64,000 nucleotides of DNA from Candidatus Binatia bacterium (GTDB taxonomy: Bacteria; Desulfobacterota; Binatia; HRBIN30). Shown piece after piece: positions 36,014-46,091 of the stretch; position 1 is the stretch's first letter; each line of letters starts with the position of its first letter. The notes under the pieces were generated by a model that was not told where the DNA came from, made no database searches, and saw nothing but the letters and a program-made list of their open reading frames with translations. The stretch is from the NCBI GenBank assembly GCA_038245295.1, contig JBBRSP010000004.1:192001-256000 (forward strand). The letters run 5' to 3'. Made by a program: the position numbers and the translations under genes.

Positions 36014-38122
36014 TCAAGGCCGAGGTTGATACCAGATAGGCGAAGTCCAGGCGCGCTCCTGGATTGTCTTCGGAACATTCGGATCGGTGCAACTCGTCGG
36101 ACGCTGATCCTCGGGGAGAGTCAGGCAGCGCCAGGCGTTCCAGCGGCAGGTCGGATTCTCGAGAACACGCACGGTGTAAAAGGCGTGTTGCGTCGGATCG
36201 AAGTTGGGATCACTCCAGACGCGACAGAGGGAGTCATCGCCGGGGCCAAGTGGCTCGCAGGTTGGCGAGACACTCGTATCGGCCTCCATACGGCCGGCGA
36301 CGTCATAAACTTGCTGCCGCGCTTCGCCGCCGTCGATCCAGCCTTTGATCACCTGCAGGCGCGCGAGTTTCGCACCCGGATGCGCCGCGGTGCCGGGATC
36401 GCGTGTCGCCGCAATCAGAAAGCTTGGCGCCGTCGAGCCTTCGGGCGGCGCGCTGAGTGTACCGCCCATGGGCACACCGTTCGCGTAACCGATCTCGACG
36501 AGATTGGGATCCTCACAAGCCGCGGCCGGGAAGCTCCAACCGCCGAAGGCGCGCACCGACAGCCGGGTGCCGCTGGTGCCGTAGGTCTCACGTCGGCGCA
36601 AGGCGTCGAACAGACTCTCGCGCGTATTCTCTTCCGCCCAGATCGCCGCCAGCCCGCCTGGGCTGACACGAACGCCGTCGGCGACGAAGCCACCGGTTCC
36701 AAGCAGCGCTTCGTTGGTGCCATCCTGGTAGCCCTGGTGGCCCATCCACGCCCACTCATCGACGAAGCCGGGGGTGGCGTTGTGTGTATCGGTGCTGGCG
36801 ACAAAGCCGAGTTGGTACGGGTTGGTGCCGAGACGGATCTGCTCCTTCAACCCGGCGAGCAGAATACCGCGCGAGTAGTCGAGGCGTGAGACACAACCGA
36901 GTTGCGTCGCGCCGAGTTGACCGGTGCCGTCGCCACAGTCTTCGTACGGCCCCTGGCGGCGAATCTCGAAGTTGCACTGTTCGTCGGTGCCGAGAACACC
37001 CGACAGTCCATTCAGGCACTCCGAGTTGCCCTTGTGCTGATAGATCTCCATGAGCGGCTCGGTGGCGACGCGCAGAGCTGCTTGGGCCTGCTGCTGCGCC
37101 ACGGTTGTGGCGCCAGGATACTCGACGAAGAACGCCCGACCGTTGCTCTCGTTCGAGTTGTGCGGAATCACCAGCGCATCGCAACCCTGAATCGCGTCGT
37201 GGCAGGTGGCCTTCAGCTGCGTCCACAAGCCGAGTGGTGTCGGCTGCTCGAAGGCCGAGATCGGCATCGGCACATCGTTGGACCGAAAAATGACATTGCG
37301 GTGCATGGTGCTGGCGCCAGGGCTGCGCGAGTATTCGAAGGCGACGAACGCGGTGAAGTTACAGCGATCATTGGCGCCTTCGGCCGCGTTGCGGACGGCC
37401 TGCCACACGGGCGCCACGGCCGCAACGCAGACGGCGCCGTTGTTACCACAGACATCGGCGGCGCGGCGCGGGTGCCCAGCGGTCACGCGCACGCCAAAGT
37501 CGGCGAAAATCTGATCACCACCGGCGCGGAACTGTTGGCAGGTCGGCGCATCGTAAGCGCTGCTGCCGGGCGTCGTGCACAGGTCGATTTCGCCGAGGAA
37601 CTCGGAGTGATCGGTAACTGCCGTGAAGTCGAGCGGTCGCTCCAGCTGTACACGACGCGTCCCCTGCCCCGCCGCATCCAGCGGCGGCAGCAACATCGAC
37701 TCGCCGCGTGCGAAACGTAGGGCGTCGCGCGGTGTCGCACGCGTATCCCACAAATGCGCATCGAACGAGTTGGTCGTGTGCACGTGCAAGTCGCCGAAGT
37801 AGACATTGCGCTGCGGATTGCGCTGGGCGCAGGGTTCAGGGGTCGGCGTCGGTTCCGGCGGACAGCCTTCGAGCGCGTAGCGCACCGCGATGATCAGTTC
37901 TTCGATGGTGACGGCACCGTCGCCGTCGCGGTCACCGGCGAGGCACGTGTCGACGCTCGCCTGCGTCAGAGCGATGTTCACCATACGGACAATCTCGACG
38001 ACCGTGACATCACCAGAGGCATCGCAGTCGCCGGTACACGCCGTCACCGCCGCATCAGCCGGCAACGCGGTGAGCCCCACGGTTAGGATGCAAACTACGC
38101 CAGCGAGGACTTTTGCGAACAT
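36014..38122 (-). CDS. Secreted DUF3604 (PHP-like) protein with N-terminal dockerin-like module
   Basis: Signal peptide, CTGDC..DRDGDG module, YFGDLHVHT, LDFTAVTDHSE, HRNVIFR, IPHNSN, EIYQHKGNSEC, ASTDTH, YGTSG, IQERAWTSPIWY. Confidence 0.88.
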   Translation of the reverse strand: MFAKVLAGVVCILTVGLTALPADAAVTACTGDCDASGDVTVVEIVRMVNIALTQASVDTCLAGDRDGDGAVTIEELIIAVRYALEGCPPEPTPTPEPCAQRNPQRNVYFGDLHVHTTNSFDAHLWDTRATPRDALRFARGESMLLPPLDAAGQGTRRVQLERPLDFTAVTDHSEFLGEIDLCTTPGSSAYDAPTCQQFRAGGDQIFADFGVRVTAGHPRRAADVCGNNGAVCVAAVAPVWQAVRNAAEGANDRCNFTAFVAFEYSRSPGASTMHRNVIFRSNDVPMPISAFEQPTPLGLWTQLKATCHDAIQGCDALVIPHNSNESNGRAFFVEYPGATTVAQQQAQAALRVATEPLMEIYQHKGNSECLNGLSGVLGTDEQCNFEIRRQGPYEDCGDGTGQLGATQLGCVSRLDYSRGILLAGLKEQIRLGTNPYQLGFVASTDTHNATPGFVDEWAWMGHQGYQDGTNEALLGTGGFVADGVRVSPGGLAAIWAEENTRESLFDALRRRETYGTSGTRLSVRAFGGWSFPAAACEDPNLVEIGYANGVPMGGTLSAPPEGSTAPSFLIAATRDPGTAAHPGAKLARLQVIKGWIDGGEARQQVYDVAGRMEADTSVSPTCEPLGPGDDSLCRVWSDPNFDPTQHAFYTVRVLENPTCRWNAWRCLTLPEDQRPTSCTDPNVPKTIQERAWTSPIWYQPRP

Positions 38123-38466
38123 AGGTACCGCTTGGCATATCGCCGTAGGGCGAATCAACCGCGGCTCGGGGCTACATGGAGTTCGCCAACCAGCGGACAC
38201 CGCCGGACGCACGTGCCGGTGAATAGGCACAGTCGTTAGTCTCCGTGCGCGTCGAAGGGCGACAGCGCCTTCACGCAGCACCGCTCACGACGGTCGCGCG
38301 GCTGAAGAGATCCGCGGTTTGGTCGTCGACGTTGTCGACGGCATGGCGCCGCGACGTGTGCGGAGTATCGCTGCCAAACGTGCGGCGCCGCAGCTTAGCG
38401 GAAGCACGCGAAGCCGCGCGACAGAACCATTTCCGGCCGGTACCCTGCACTGGTAGGGTGGGCGCT

Positions 38467-38946
38467 ATGCGTATTCTCCGTTGGATCTTGGGTGTTATCG
38501 TCACACTCGTCCTGGTCGTGCTGGCGCTCGACACGCTCGGAGGTTTCCTGTTCGACGGCCCACTCGGTCCAATCCCTGGCGGGGCCTTGAGCGGTATGGT
38601 CAATTCCGACCCGCATCCCGATTGGTCGAATCTGGAAAAGGTGATGGAACTCGAGATTCGACCAGCACGGCCCTGGTCGCTCAGCATCTGGAATGTGGTG
38701 ATCGACGGCGAACTCTACGTTCCTTCGGCCAAGGGGGCGCGCCGGCGCTGGACTGCTGTGGCGGTGAAAGAGCCGCTGGTCCGATTGCGCACCCACGGCC
38801 AGATCTTCGAGCGCCGCATCGAGCGCGTCACCGATCCAGCCCTTTGCCGGCGTCTCGCCCAGGCACTGGGGCAGCGTTACGGCTTCGAGCCACCGCCAGA
38901 TCCCCAGCAGGATACCTCGTGGTACTTCCACCTGGCGCCGAGGTAG
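38467..38946 (+). CDS. Hypothetical membrane-anchored protein (DUF2255/split-barrel-like)
   Basis: N-terminal TM, DGPLGPIPGG.LSG, IWNVVIDGELYV, W...P.VRLR. Confidence 0.65.
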   Translation: MRILRWILGVIVTLVLVVLALDTLGGFLFDGPLGPIPGGALSGMVNSDPHPDWSNLEKVMELEIRPARPWSLSIWNVVIDGELYVPSAKGARRRWTAVAVKEPLVRLRTHGQIFERRIERVTDPALCRRLAQALGQRYGFEPPPDPQQDTSWYFHLAPR

Positions 38947-39025
38947 TCGCGCGTTTCAGGAGGCTGTCTCAAAACTTGCGGAGCCGGCTTCGACAGGCGC
39001 AGGCGTAGCACGCAACAGGGAACCG

Positions 39026-40006
39026 TCAGGATTTACCAGTACCGTCAGAGCGCCGGGCGGTTCCCGAACCGCCCCTGCGCATCGGTGCCGATCCGACGCG
39101 GTTCCGGCTCGCGTCGGGGCCGCGCTCATCAGAGGATGGCACGTTCCGAGCTGTATCGTCGACGCGCCGCCCGACACGCGCAAATCCTCGCGGCACCGGG
39201 CTCTCGAACCGCACCGGAGCGCCATCTCCAGGATGCAGGAACCCGAGCGTTGTGGCGTGCAAGCATACGCGCTTGATCGGATCCGTGGCCGCACCATACG
39301 CGGCGTCCCCGACGATCGGATGTCCGGCGGCGGCGAGTTGGACGCGGATCTGATGGCGACGACCGGTGCCTATGGTGATGTCGAGGGCGGTTGCCGTGGC
39401 ACGGCGGTCGCGCACGCGGTACCGCGTGATGGCGGTCCGCCCGCTTTCGTCGTTGCCGGCGCGGCGCACACGCAGGGCGCTCGTCTGGACGATCTTGTCT
39501 TCGAGCACGCCGGTGTCGGCTTTGACAATGCCTTCGACGACCGCGTGATAGCCGCGAATCACCGAACGCCCGGCGAACTGAGCTTGCAGATTGCGTTTCG
39601 CTTCCGTCGACTTGGCCAGGACAAGCAAGCCGGATGTTTGCAGATCGAGGCGGTGCACGATGAGCGGACGCGTTGGCGGCCGCGCCGCGGCGAGATAGTC
39701 CCACACCATACGATACACCGTACGCTGACGTTCCGATTCGGTGGCGATCGTCAGCACGTCGGCGGGTTTCTCGATCACCAGGAGGTAGGCGTCTTCGTGC
39801 ACCAGACGCAGCTGGCGCGACAGCGGCACGCGCGTCACCGTTTCGTCCCCCAGTGCGACTCGATCCTTGCTGCTGACAGCCGTACGACCGTCACGCACGA
39901 CATTGCCATTGACCGTGACCCGACCACGCGCCAGCCAGTCCTTGCGGCTGACACCCGAGGCCTGCGGGAAGAGTTGCTTCAGTCGTCCCGCCAGTGTTTC
40001 GTCCAT
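39026..40006 (-). CDS. RluA family pseudouridine synthase with S4 domain
   Basis: GRVTVNG S4, VIEKPA, VHRLDLQTSG catalytic Asp, TGRRHQIRVQL..GHPIVGD, LHA..LGF.HP. Confidence 0.93.
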   Translation of the reverse strand: MDETLAGRLKQLFPQASGVSRKDWLARGRVTVNGNVVRDGRTAVSSKDRVALGDETVTRVPLSRQLRLVHEDAYLLVIEKPADVLTIATESERQRTVYRMVWDYLAAARPPTRPLIVHRLDLQTSGLLVLAKSTEAKRNLQAQFAGRSVIRGYHAVVEGIVKADTGVLEDKIVQTSALRVRRAGNDESGRTAITRYRVRDRRATATALDITIGTGRRHQIRVQLAAAGHPIVGDAAYGAATDPIKRVCLHATTLGFLHPGDGAPVRFESPVPRGFARVGRRVDDTARNVPSSDERGPDASRNRVGSAPMRRGGSGTARRSDGTGKS

Positions 40007-40090
40007 GGCCGGTTTATCGCAGGGTTTGGCACCTCATGCACCCAGCCCGGCCGTTGGCTGGAACCAAATCGGAGCAAGGCCGATCTCACA

Positions 40091-40110
40091 GGGGCGGTTC
40101 GCAACCGCCC
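40091..40110. repeat. REP-like family B hairpin
   Basis: GGGGCGGTTCGCAACCGCCC. Related copies at 39055-39074, 57181-57207 and half copies at 31791-31802 and 40231-40243. Confidence 0.65.
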
Positions 40111-40239
40111 GGCGATCCGCTGGTGCCATGGCAACACGGAGGAAAACCGACGCTGCAGGAGGTATTGCCGGCGCTCCGCGCCGCGTAGAGGCGGCTCGAC
40201 TCGTCAGCCGAACGGCGGCACGAAGGGCTGGAACCGCCC

Positions 40240-40893
40240 CTACACGCTCGCTTTGTCGAGGCGCTCCTGGAAGTACGTGCGCCAGCTTTCGGGTAAGGCT
40301 TCCAGCTGCACGGCGCGCTTCAGGAGATCTGCGTCGCCTTCCTTGCTCACATACAGACCGGTGATATCGGCAACGGTCATGCCGCTGGGGGTGGTGGGAA
40401 CGGGCTCGAACACGTCGTCGACGCCCACTTCGCCTTCTTGAAGCACCGCGAAGTAGAAGCCGGTAAGTCGACTCTTCATGAAACGCTTGACCATGTCGTC
40501 GCGTCCGAACTTGAGGCCCAGCTTGTAACAGGGCATGCGCGGCTGGGTGACTATGACTTCCGCCGACCCGATGCGAAACCGATCACCAATCTGCACCGCC
40601 GTCTCGACGAATCCTTCGGTGGTGAAGTTCTCACCGAACATGCCCCACCCGAGCTGCATGTCCGGCAATTCGCCGCGCCAGTATTCGTAATGTTCTGCGG
40701 GATAGACGTAGACGGCTTTGTCGGCGCCGCCGTGAACAGTCAGGTCCGCCTGCCCGTCGCCGTCGAGATCCAAACGACGGAGCGGCAGGCGGCCGTGGAC
40801 CGGTTCCTTGAAGATCCCGGTCCGCACCTGCTTGCCCTTCCACACCACTTCACGGGGAAGACCAACGTTGACAGAGATCAATTTGGAAACCAT
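40240..40893 (-). CDS. MOSC domain protein with 3-alpha domain (YiiM-like)
   Basis: TGIFKEPV, GDGQADL.VHGG.DKAV, FGENFT, QPRMPCYKL, TGFYFAVL.EG. Confidence 0.93.
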   Translation of the reverse strand: MVSKLISVNVGLPREVVWKGKQVRTGIFKEPVHGRLPLRRLDLDGDGQADLTVHGGADKAVYVYPAEHYEYWRGELPDMQLGWGMFGENFTTEGFVETAVQIGDRFRIGSAEVIVTQPRMPCYKLGLKFGRDDMVKRFMKSRLTGFYFAVLQEGEVGVDDVFEPVPTTPSGMTVADITGLYVSKEGDADLLKRAVQLEALPESWRTYFQERLDKASV

Positions 40894-40897
40894 GGCG

Positions 40898-41794
40898 TTA
40901 CCTCGTGGCCTTAGGCCTCGCGCCGCGTAGGGCCTCCTGCAAGGCCCGCAAGCGATCCTGACATTCGGCGGTGACTTTGCGCTTCTTGCCGAGCGACATG
41001 GTGAACGATCGCACGTTGCTGTTACGTCGCGACAGGCTAACGATCTGGTCGTTCACCTGCTTAAAATCAGAATAGGCGGCTTTGGCGGCATCAATACTGG
41101 CGCCCGATGCGACGAGACTCGCCAGCCCCTGGTTGACGAGCGTCTCGAGGCGATTCATCTCGGCCTCGATCGTATCCATTTCCTCGTCACCCGCCTCGGC
41201 GATATGACGGCCCTCGATCGCGTGAATTTTCAGCGCCGCGGCAAGCACCTGCCCTGCTGTGCGTGTCAGCTTCGCCGCTTGTGGCGATGCCACGCTGGCA
41301 TCCACCAGCTTGTCGAGTGCTGCTTCGAAGCGATCGAGCGCTGCGCTCGCGGGCGCGAAGGATAGGCGGAGAGCCTTGAGATTGGTGTTCTGTACCGCCA
41401 GGTCGAGAATCTCGCGATCGAGCTCCTGGTATTGTGTCCAGCAGCTGCTGAACTCGTTGAAGCGCGCACTCTCTTCCGGGCGCGTCGTACCGTCGATCAG
41501 TTTACCAAGCTCCGCACGGTCTGCCTCGACGCGGGCGGCCGCGCTCTGTGCCTCTTTGGCGAACGCTTCCGACGCGTCGTCGGTATCGGCCATCACGGCG
41601 CTCTTCTCCGCCTCGGCGGCGGCCAGAAGCTTGGCCTCGATCTCCGAGGCCAGCTCGCTTTTGCGCAGCATGGTCTCGAAGACGGTGTCGGGCCACGGTT
41701 CGGCGTGGCTGGTCCCCGTCAAAGCGACGATGGCCACGGCCGGCACTACGATCCAGGCGAGAGCGATGCAGGGGGTTCTTCTCTGAAGCTTCAT
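40898..41794 (-). CDS. Periplasmic protein with tandem MCP-type four-helix sensor-like domains
   Basis: Signal peptide and all-helical sequence; two similar halves ending ILDLAVQNTN and IVSLSRRNSN; no signalling domain. Confidence 0.65.
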   Translation of the reverse strand: MKLQRRTPCIALAWIVVPAVAIVALTGTSHAEPWPDTVFETMLRKSELASEIEAKLLAAAEAEKSAVMADTDDASEAFAKEAQSAAARVEADRAELGKLIDGTTRPEESARFNEFSSCWTQYQELDREILDLAVQNTNLKALRLSFAPASAALDRFEAALDKLVDASVASPQAAKLTRTAGQVLAAALKIHAIEGRHIAEAGDEEMDTIEAEMNRLETLVNQGLASLVASGASIDAAKAAYSDFKQVNDQIVSLSRRNSNVRSFTMSLGKKRKVTAECQDRLRALQEALRGARPKATR

Positions 41795-41874
41795 GCTGTT
41801 CCTTAAATGTCACCAATCCGGAGCCATCACAATTCGGGGGCGGTAACGGATCGACATTGCCACCGTCTCGCGAG

Positions 41875-41897
41875 GTAGGCGCAGGCTTTAGCCTGCG
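41875..41897 (+). repeat. GTAG REP-like family A copy
   Basis: GTAGGCGCAGGCTTTAGCCTGCG. Confidence 0.75.
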
Positions 41898-42030
41898 GCG
41901 TGCACGTCGTTGAGTCGCAGAATTCGCGGTACATCCCGCATTACGCCCGGTCGCCAACGTAAGGGTTGTTCGCAGGACTATCGTGGGTTACCGTCTGACG
42001 TCGCAGTTTTTCTCGGAGGTTCGATCGCCG

Positions 42031-42930
42031 ATGCCGGTAAACGAAATCGAAACAAACGGGCGCCCGAGTTGGATTCCACGCTGGGTCGAGAGTGTGCCGT
42101 TCTGGGGCGTGCACCTCGCTTGCCTGCTGGTAATCTGGGCGGGCTGGAGTTGGACCGCCGTGATCACCTGTGCCGCCCTGTACTTCGTGCGCATGTTCGC
42201 CATCACCGGCGCCTACCATCGCTACTTCTCGCATCGCACCTACAAGACGAGCCGCCCGGTGCAGTTCATCCTGGCCTTGATCGGCACCTCGGCGGTGCAA
42301 AAGGGACCTCTGTGGTGGGCGGCACATCACCGGCATCACCACCGTTACGCCGATACCGAGCAGGACATCCACCCGCCGAGCGTCAAAGGCTTCTGGTGGG
42401 CACATGTCGGATGGATCCTGGCGCCGGACTACATGGCGACCAAGTTCGACGCGATCCGTGATTTCGCCAAGTTCCCCGAGTTGCGATTTTTGAATCAGTA
42501 CCACATCCTGACACCCGTCGGCATGGGCGTGCTGCTGTTCGTCATAGGCTGGATCCTCGACGTCCACGCGCCCGCGCTGAAGACGTCGGGAATACAGATG
42601 TTCGTCTGGGGATTCTGCATCAGCACCACCCTGCTCTACCACGGCACCTTCACCATCAACTCGCTGTCACATGTGTTGGGCAGCCGGCGCTTCGAAACCA
42701 AGGACACCAGCCGCAACAACTTTGCGCTGTCACTCGTGACCCTGGGCGAGGGTTGGCACAACAACCACCACCGTTACCCGGCTTCCGAACGCCAGGGGTT
42801 CTACTGGTGGGAGATCGATGTAACCCACTACATCCTCAAGGGCATGTCGTGGTGTGGCCTGGTGTGGGATCTGCGCGAACCGCCGAAGCGCATCTACGAG
42901 GAAGCGCGCTCGGCAGGCCGCAGGGCCTGA
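42031..42930 (+). CDS. Acyl-CoA/acyl-lipid delta-9-type desaturase
   Basis: YHRYFSH, WWAAHHRHHH, INSLSH, GEGWHNNHH His boxes. GGAGGT RBS. Confidence 0.93.
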   Translation: MPVNEIETNGRPSWIPRWVESVPFWGVHLACLLVIWAGWSWTAVITCAALYFVRMFAITGAYHRYFSHRTYKTSRPVQFILALIGTSAVQKGPLWWAAHHRHHHRYADTEQDIHPPSVKGFWWAHVGWILAPDYMATKFDAIRDFAKFPELRFLNQYHILTPVGMGVLLFVIGWILDVHAPALKTSGIQMFVWGFCISTTLLYHGTFTINSLSHVLGSRRFETKDTSRNNFALSLVTLGEGWHNNHHRYPASERQGFYWWEIDVTHYILKGMSWCGLVWDLREPPKRIYEEARSAGRRA

Positions 42931-42971
42931 TCGTCGGTCGCCCCCCATCCCCTCTCGCAGATCGAAGCCCC

Positions 42972-45900
42972 CTACGAACGCGGCGCTGGCGGGCCAGAGC
43001 GGCGCTCGCTCCAGGTTTGGAAGACGACGTAGAACACCGGCACGAACAGGATTGCCAGGAACGTCGACGTCAGCATCCCGCCGAAGACAGCCGTCCCCAG
43101 AGCGCGGCGGCTGGCGGCGCCGGCACCGGTGGCGACGACCAGCGGATAGACGCCGAGGATGAAGGCGAACGACGTCATGAGGATCGGCCGGAAGCGCAAG
43201 CGTGAGGCCTCGATCGCCGAATCGACAATGCTGTTGCCGCGGGCGCGTTGCTCGCGCGCGAACTCGACAATGAGAATGGCGTTCTTGCTGGCCAAGGCAA
43301 TCAACAACACGACACCGATCTGCGTATAGACGTTGTTGTCCATGCCGCGCAGGGCCACGGCGATAACCGTTCCCAACAACGCCAGTGGCACGACGAGCAC
43401 AACCGCCGCTGGACTGGTCCAACTCTCGTACTGCGCCGCCAACACCAGGAAGACGAGCAACACGGCCAGTCCGAAGATCAGAAAGGCTTCGCCGCCGACC
43501 TTCTTCTCCTGGTAGGAGATCCCGGTCCAGTCGAAGCCCATCGACGTCGGTAGCTTCGCCGCCGCCATCCCCTCCATGAGCTTGAGCGCCTGGCCGGAGC
43601 TGTAACCGCGCGCCGCCTCGCCGCTGATCGCCGCTGAGGGGTAGAGGTTGTATCGTGTGACGATCTGCGGGCCGACCGAGTCACGCACGTCCGCCAACGT
43701 ACCGAGTGGCACCATCGAGCCCTGCGCATTGCGCACGTCGAGCCGCGCGATGTCGGCCGGCTCGAGCCGGAATTTCGGTTCGGCCTGTACACGCACCTGA
43801 TAGGTCCGGCCAAAGAGATTGAAGTCGTTCACATACGCCGACCCGAGATAGGCCTGCAGTGTGCCGAAGACATTGGTCAGCGGCACGCCAAGTGCCTTGG
43901 CCTTGGTGCGATCGATATCGGCAAATAGCTGCGGCACACCGCTGCGGAAGGTCGACTTCAGCGACGCCAAACCCGTCTGCGTGCCGCCGTCGCGCAACAT
44001 CTCCTGCACCATTTGCTCGAGTGCCGGCAGCCCGATGCCGCCGCGATCTTCGAGTTGCATCTGAAAGCCGCCGGCGACACCGAGGCCGCGAATCGACGGC
44101 GGTGAAAAAACGAATGCCTCACCCTCCTGAATGGTCGAGAAGCTGTGCCGCAAGCGGCCAAGAATCGCATCCTGGCTCAAGCTCGGGTCGCGACGCTCCT
44201 CCCAGGGTTTCAAGATGATGAAGAAGGTCGAGGCGTTCGACGCGGTCGTGCCGTCGAGCACAGAGTTGCCGCCGATACTCACCCAATCGTCGACGCCCTC
44301 GGTGGTGCTGAGAATCTTGTTGACCTTCGTCACCGCCGCGCGCGTCCGCGGTTGCGACGACGCGTCGGGCAGCTGGATGCCGGCGATGACATAGCCCTGA
44401 TCTTCGACGGGCAGGAAGCCGGTAGGTAGTCGCGTGTAACTCCACAGGGTCAAGACCATCAACCCGGCAAAAGCGAGCATCGTCAGGCCGGCGTGCTTGA
44501 CCATCCAGGTGATGATGCGCGTGTAACCGTTCTCGGCGCGCCCGTAGATGCGATTGAAGGCGCGATAGAAGGCGTTCTTTGTGCCGTGAGACGGACGCAG
44601 ATACATGGCGCACTGGGCCGGCTTCAACGTCAGCGCGTTGATGGCGCTGATGCCGGCGGTGGCAGCAATCGTCAGCGCAAACTGGCGATAGAGTTGGCCG
44701 GTGATGCCACCAAGAAACGCGGTTGGCAGGAACACCGCCATCAGCACACAGGTAATACCGATGATCGGCCCGGTTACTTCCCCCATGGCCTGGATCGTCG
44801 CCTCACGCGGCCCGAGATTCTCGTTCTCCATATGATGCGTGGCGTTTTCAACGATGACGATGGCGTCGTCGACGACGATACCGATCGCCAAGACCAGACC
44901 GAACAAGGTCAGCAGGTTGATGGTGAACCCGAAAGCCGCCATCGCCGCGAAGGCGCCGATGATCGTCACCGGCACGGTCGTCGCCGGCACGAGCAACGCC
45001 CGCCAATCCTGCAGGAAGACCAGGATGACGATGAGCACCAGGATGCCGGCCTCGAAAAGCGTCCACCACACTTCGTGGATCGCCTGACGCACGAACCTCG
45101 TCGTGTCGAACGGGATCGCGTAGGTCATGCCTTCCGGGAAGGTCGTCTTTAGGCGCTCCATCGTGGCGCGCACCGCATCGGCGACGTCGAGCGCGTTGGC
45201 CGCCGGCAACTGAAAAACCGCGATACCGGCCGCCGGCTTGCCGGTCTTCTGGAAGAATGTGTCGTACACCTGACCGCCGAGCTCGACGCGGGCGACATCC
45301 CGCAGGCGCGTGACGCGGCTGCCGCTCGACTTGACGATGATGTCTTCGAACTGATCAACGTTGCTCAGACGCCCGAGCGTGCTGACGGTGTATTGAAACG
45401 TTTCGGTATTCGGCACCGGCGGTTGACCGATCTGGCCGGCCGCCACCTGGACGTTCTGCTCCTGGATCGCTGCGATCACGTCCTGCGTCGTCAGCCCACG
45501 CGCCTTCAAACGCGGCGGATCGAGCCAGACACGCATGCTGTACTGGGCGCTGCCGCGCACCAAGGCGTTGGCGACGCCGGGCAGCCGGCTGATCTCTTCC
45601 ACCAAACGCAGGGTCGCGTAGTTGCTCAGGTACAGGCTGTCGTAGCGCTCGTCGGGCGACGTCAGCACGACGAACATGACGATGTTGGTCGACTGCTTCT
45701 TGGTGCTGACACCCTGGCGCTTCACTTCGTCGGGCAGCAGGGGCTGCGCGATCGACACGCGGTTCTGCACCAGGACCTGGGCGATATCGAGGTCGGTGCC
45801 GACATCGAAGGTCACCGTCAGGTTGTACGACCCGTCGCTGGCGCTGGTCGATGACATGTACAGCATGCCCTCGACGCCGTTGACCTGTTGTTCGATCGGC

Positions 45901-46091
45901 ACACCAACCGTCTCAGCAACGACGCGCGCGTTGGCGCCTGGATAGATCGTCGAGACCTGTACAGTCGGCGGCGTGATCTGCGGGTATTGTCCGACCGGCA
46001 ACGCCCTTAGTGTCACCAAACCAAAGATGATGGTGACAATGGCGATGACGTTGGCGAAGATCGGCCGGTCGACGAAAAAGCGTGAGATCAT
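42972..46091 (-). CDS. HAE1 family multidrug RND permease (AcrB/MexF-like)
   Basis: FFVDRPIFA, YPQITPPTV, GIVVDDAIVIVEN, KNAILIVEFA, RFRPILMTS. Confidence 0.95.
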   Translation of the reverse strand: MISRFFVDRPIFANVIAIVTIIFGLVTLRALPVGQYPQITPPTVQVSTIYPGANARVVAETVGVPIEQQVNGVEGMLYMSSTSASDGSYNLTVTFDVGTDLDIAQVLVQNRVSIAQPLLPDEVKRQGVSTKKQSTNIVMFVVLTSPDERYDSLYLSNYATLRLVEEISRLPGVANALVRGSAQYSMRVWLDPPRLKARGLTTQDVIAAIQEQNVQVAAGQIGQPPVPNTETFQYTVSTLGRLSNVDQFEDIIVKSSGSRVTRLRDVARVELGGQVYDTFFQKTGKPAAGIAVFQLPAANALDVADAVRATMERLKTTFPEGMTYAIPFDTTRFVRQAIHEVWWTLFEAGILVLIVILVFLQDWRALLVPATTVPVTIIGAFAAMAAFGFTINLLTLFGLVLAIGIVVDDAIVIVENATHHMENENLGPREATIQAMGEVTGPIIGITCVLMAVFLPTAFLGGITGQLYRQFALTIAATAGISAINALTLKPAQCAMYLRPSHGTKNAFYRAFNRIYGRAENGYTRIITWMVKHAGLTMLAFAGLMVLTLWSYTRLPTGFLPVEDQGYVIAGIQLPDASSQPRTRAAVTKVNKILSTTEGVDDWVSIGGNSVLDGTTASNASTFFIILKPWEERRDPSLSQDAILGRLRHSFSTIQEGEAFVFSPPSIRGLGVAGGFQMQLEDRGGIGLPALEQMVQEMLRDGGTQTGLASLKSTFRSGVPQLFADIDRTKAKALGVPLTNVFGTLQAYLGSAYVNDFNLFGRTYQVRVQAEPKFRLEPADIARLDVRNAQGSMVPLGTLADVRDSVGPQIVTRYNLYPSAAISGEAARGYSSGQALKLMEGMAAAKLPTSMGFDWTGISYQEKKVGGEAFLIFGLAVLLVFLVLAAQYESWTSPAAVVLVVPLALLGTVIAVALRGMDNNVYTQIGVVLLIALASKNAILIVEFAREQRARGNSIVDSAIEASRLRFRPILMTSFAFILGVYPLVVATGAGAASRRALGTAVFGGMLTSTFLAILFVPVFYVVFQTWSERRSGPPAPRS

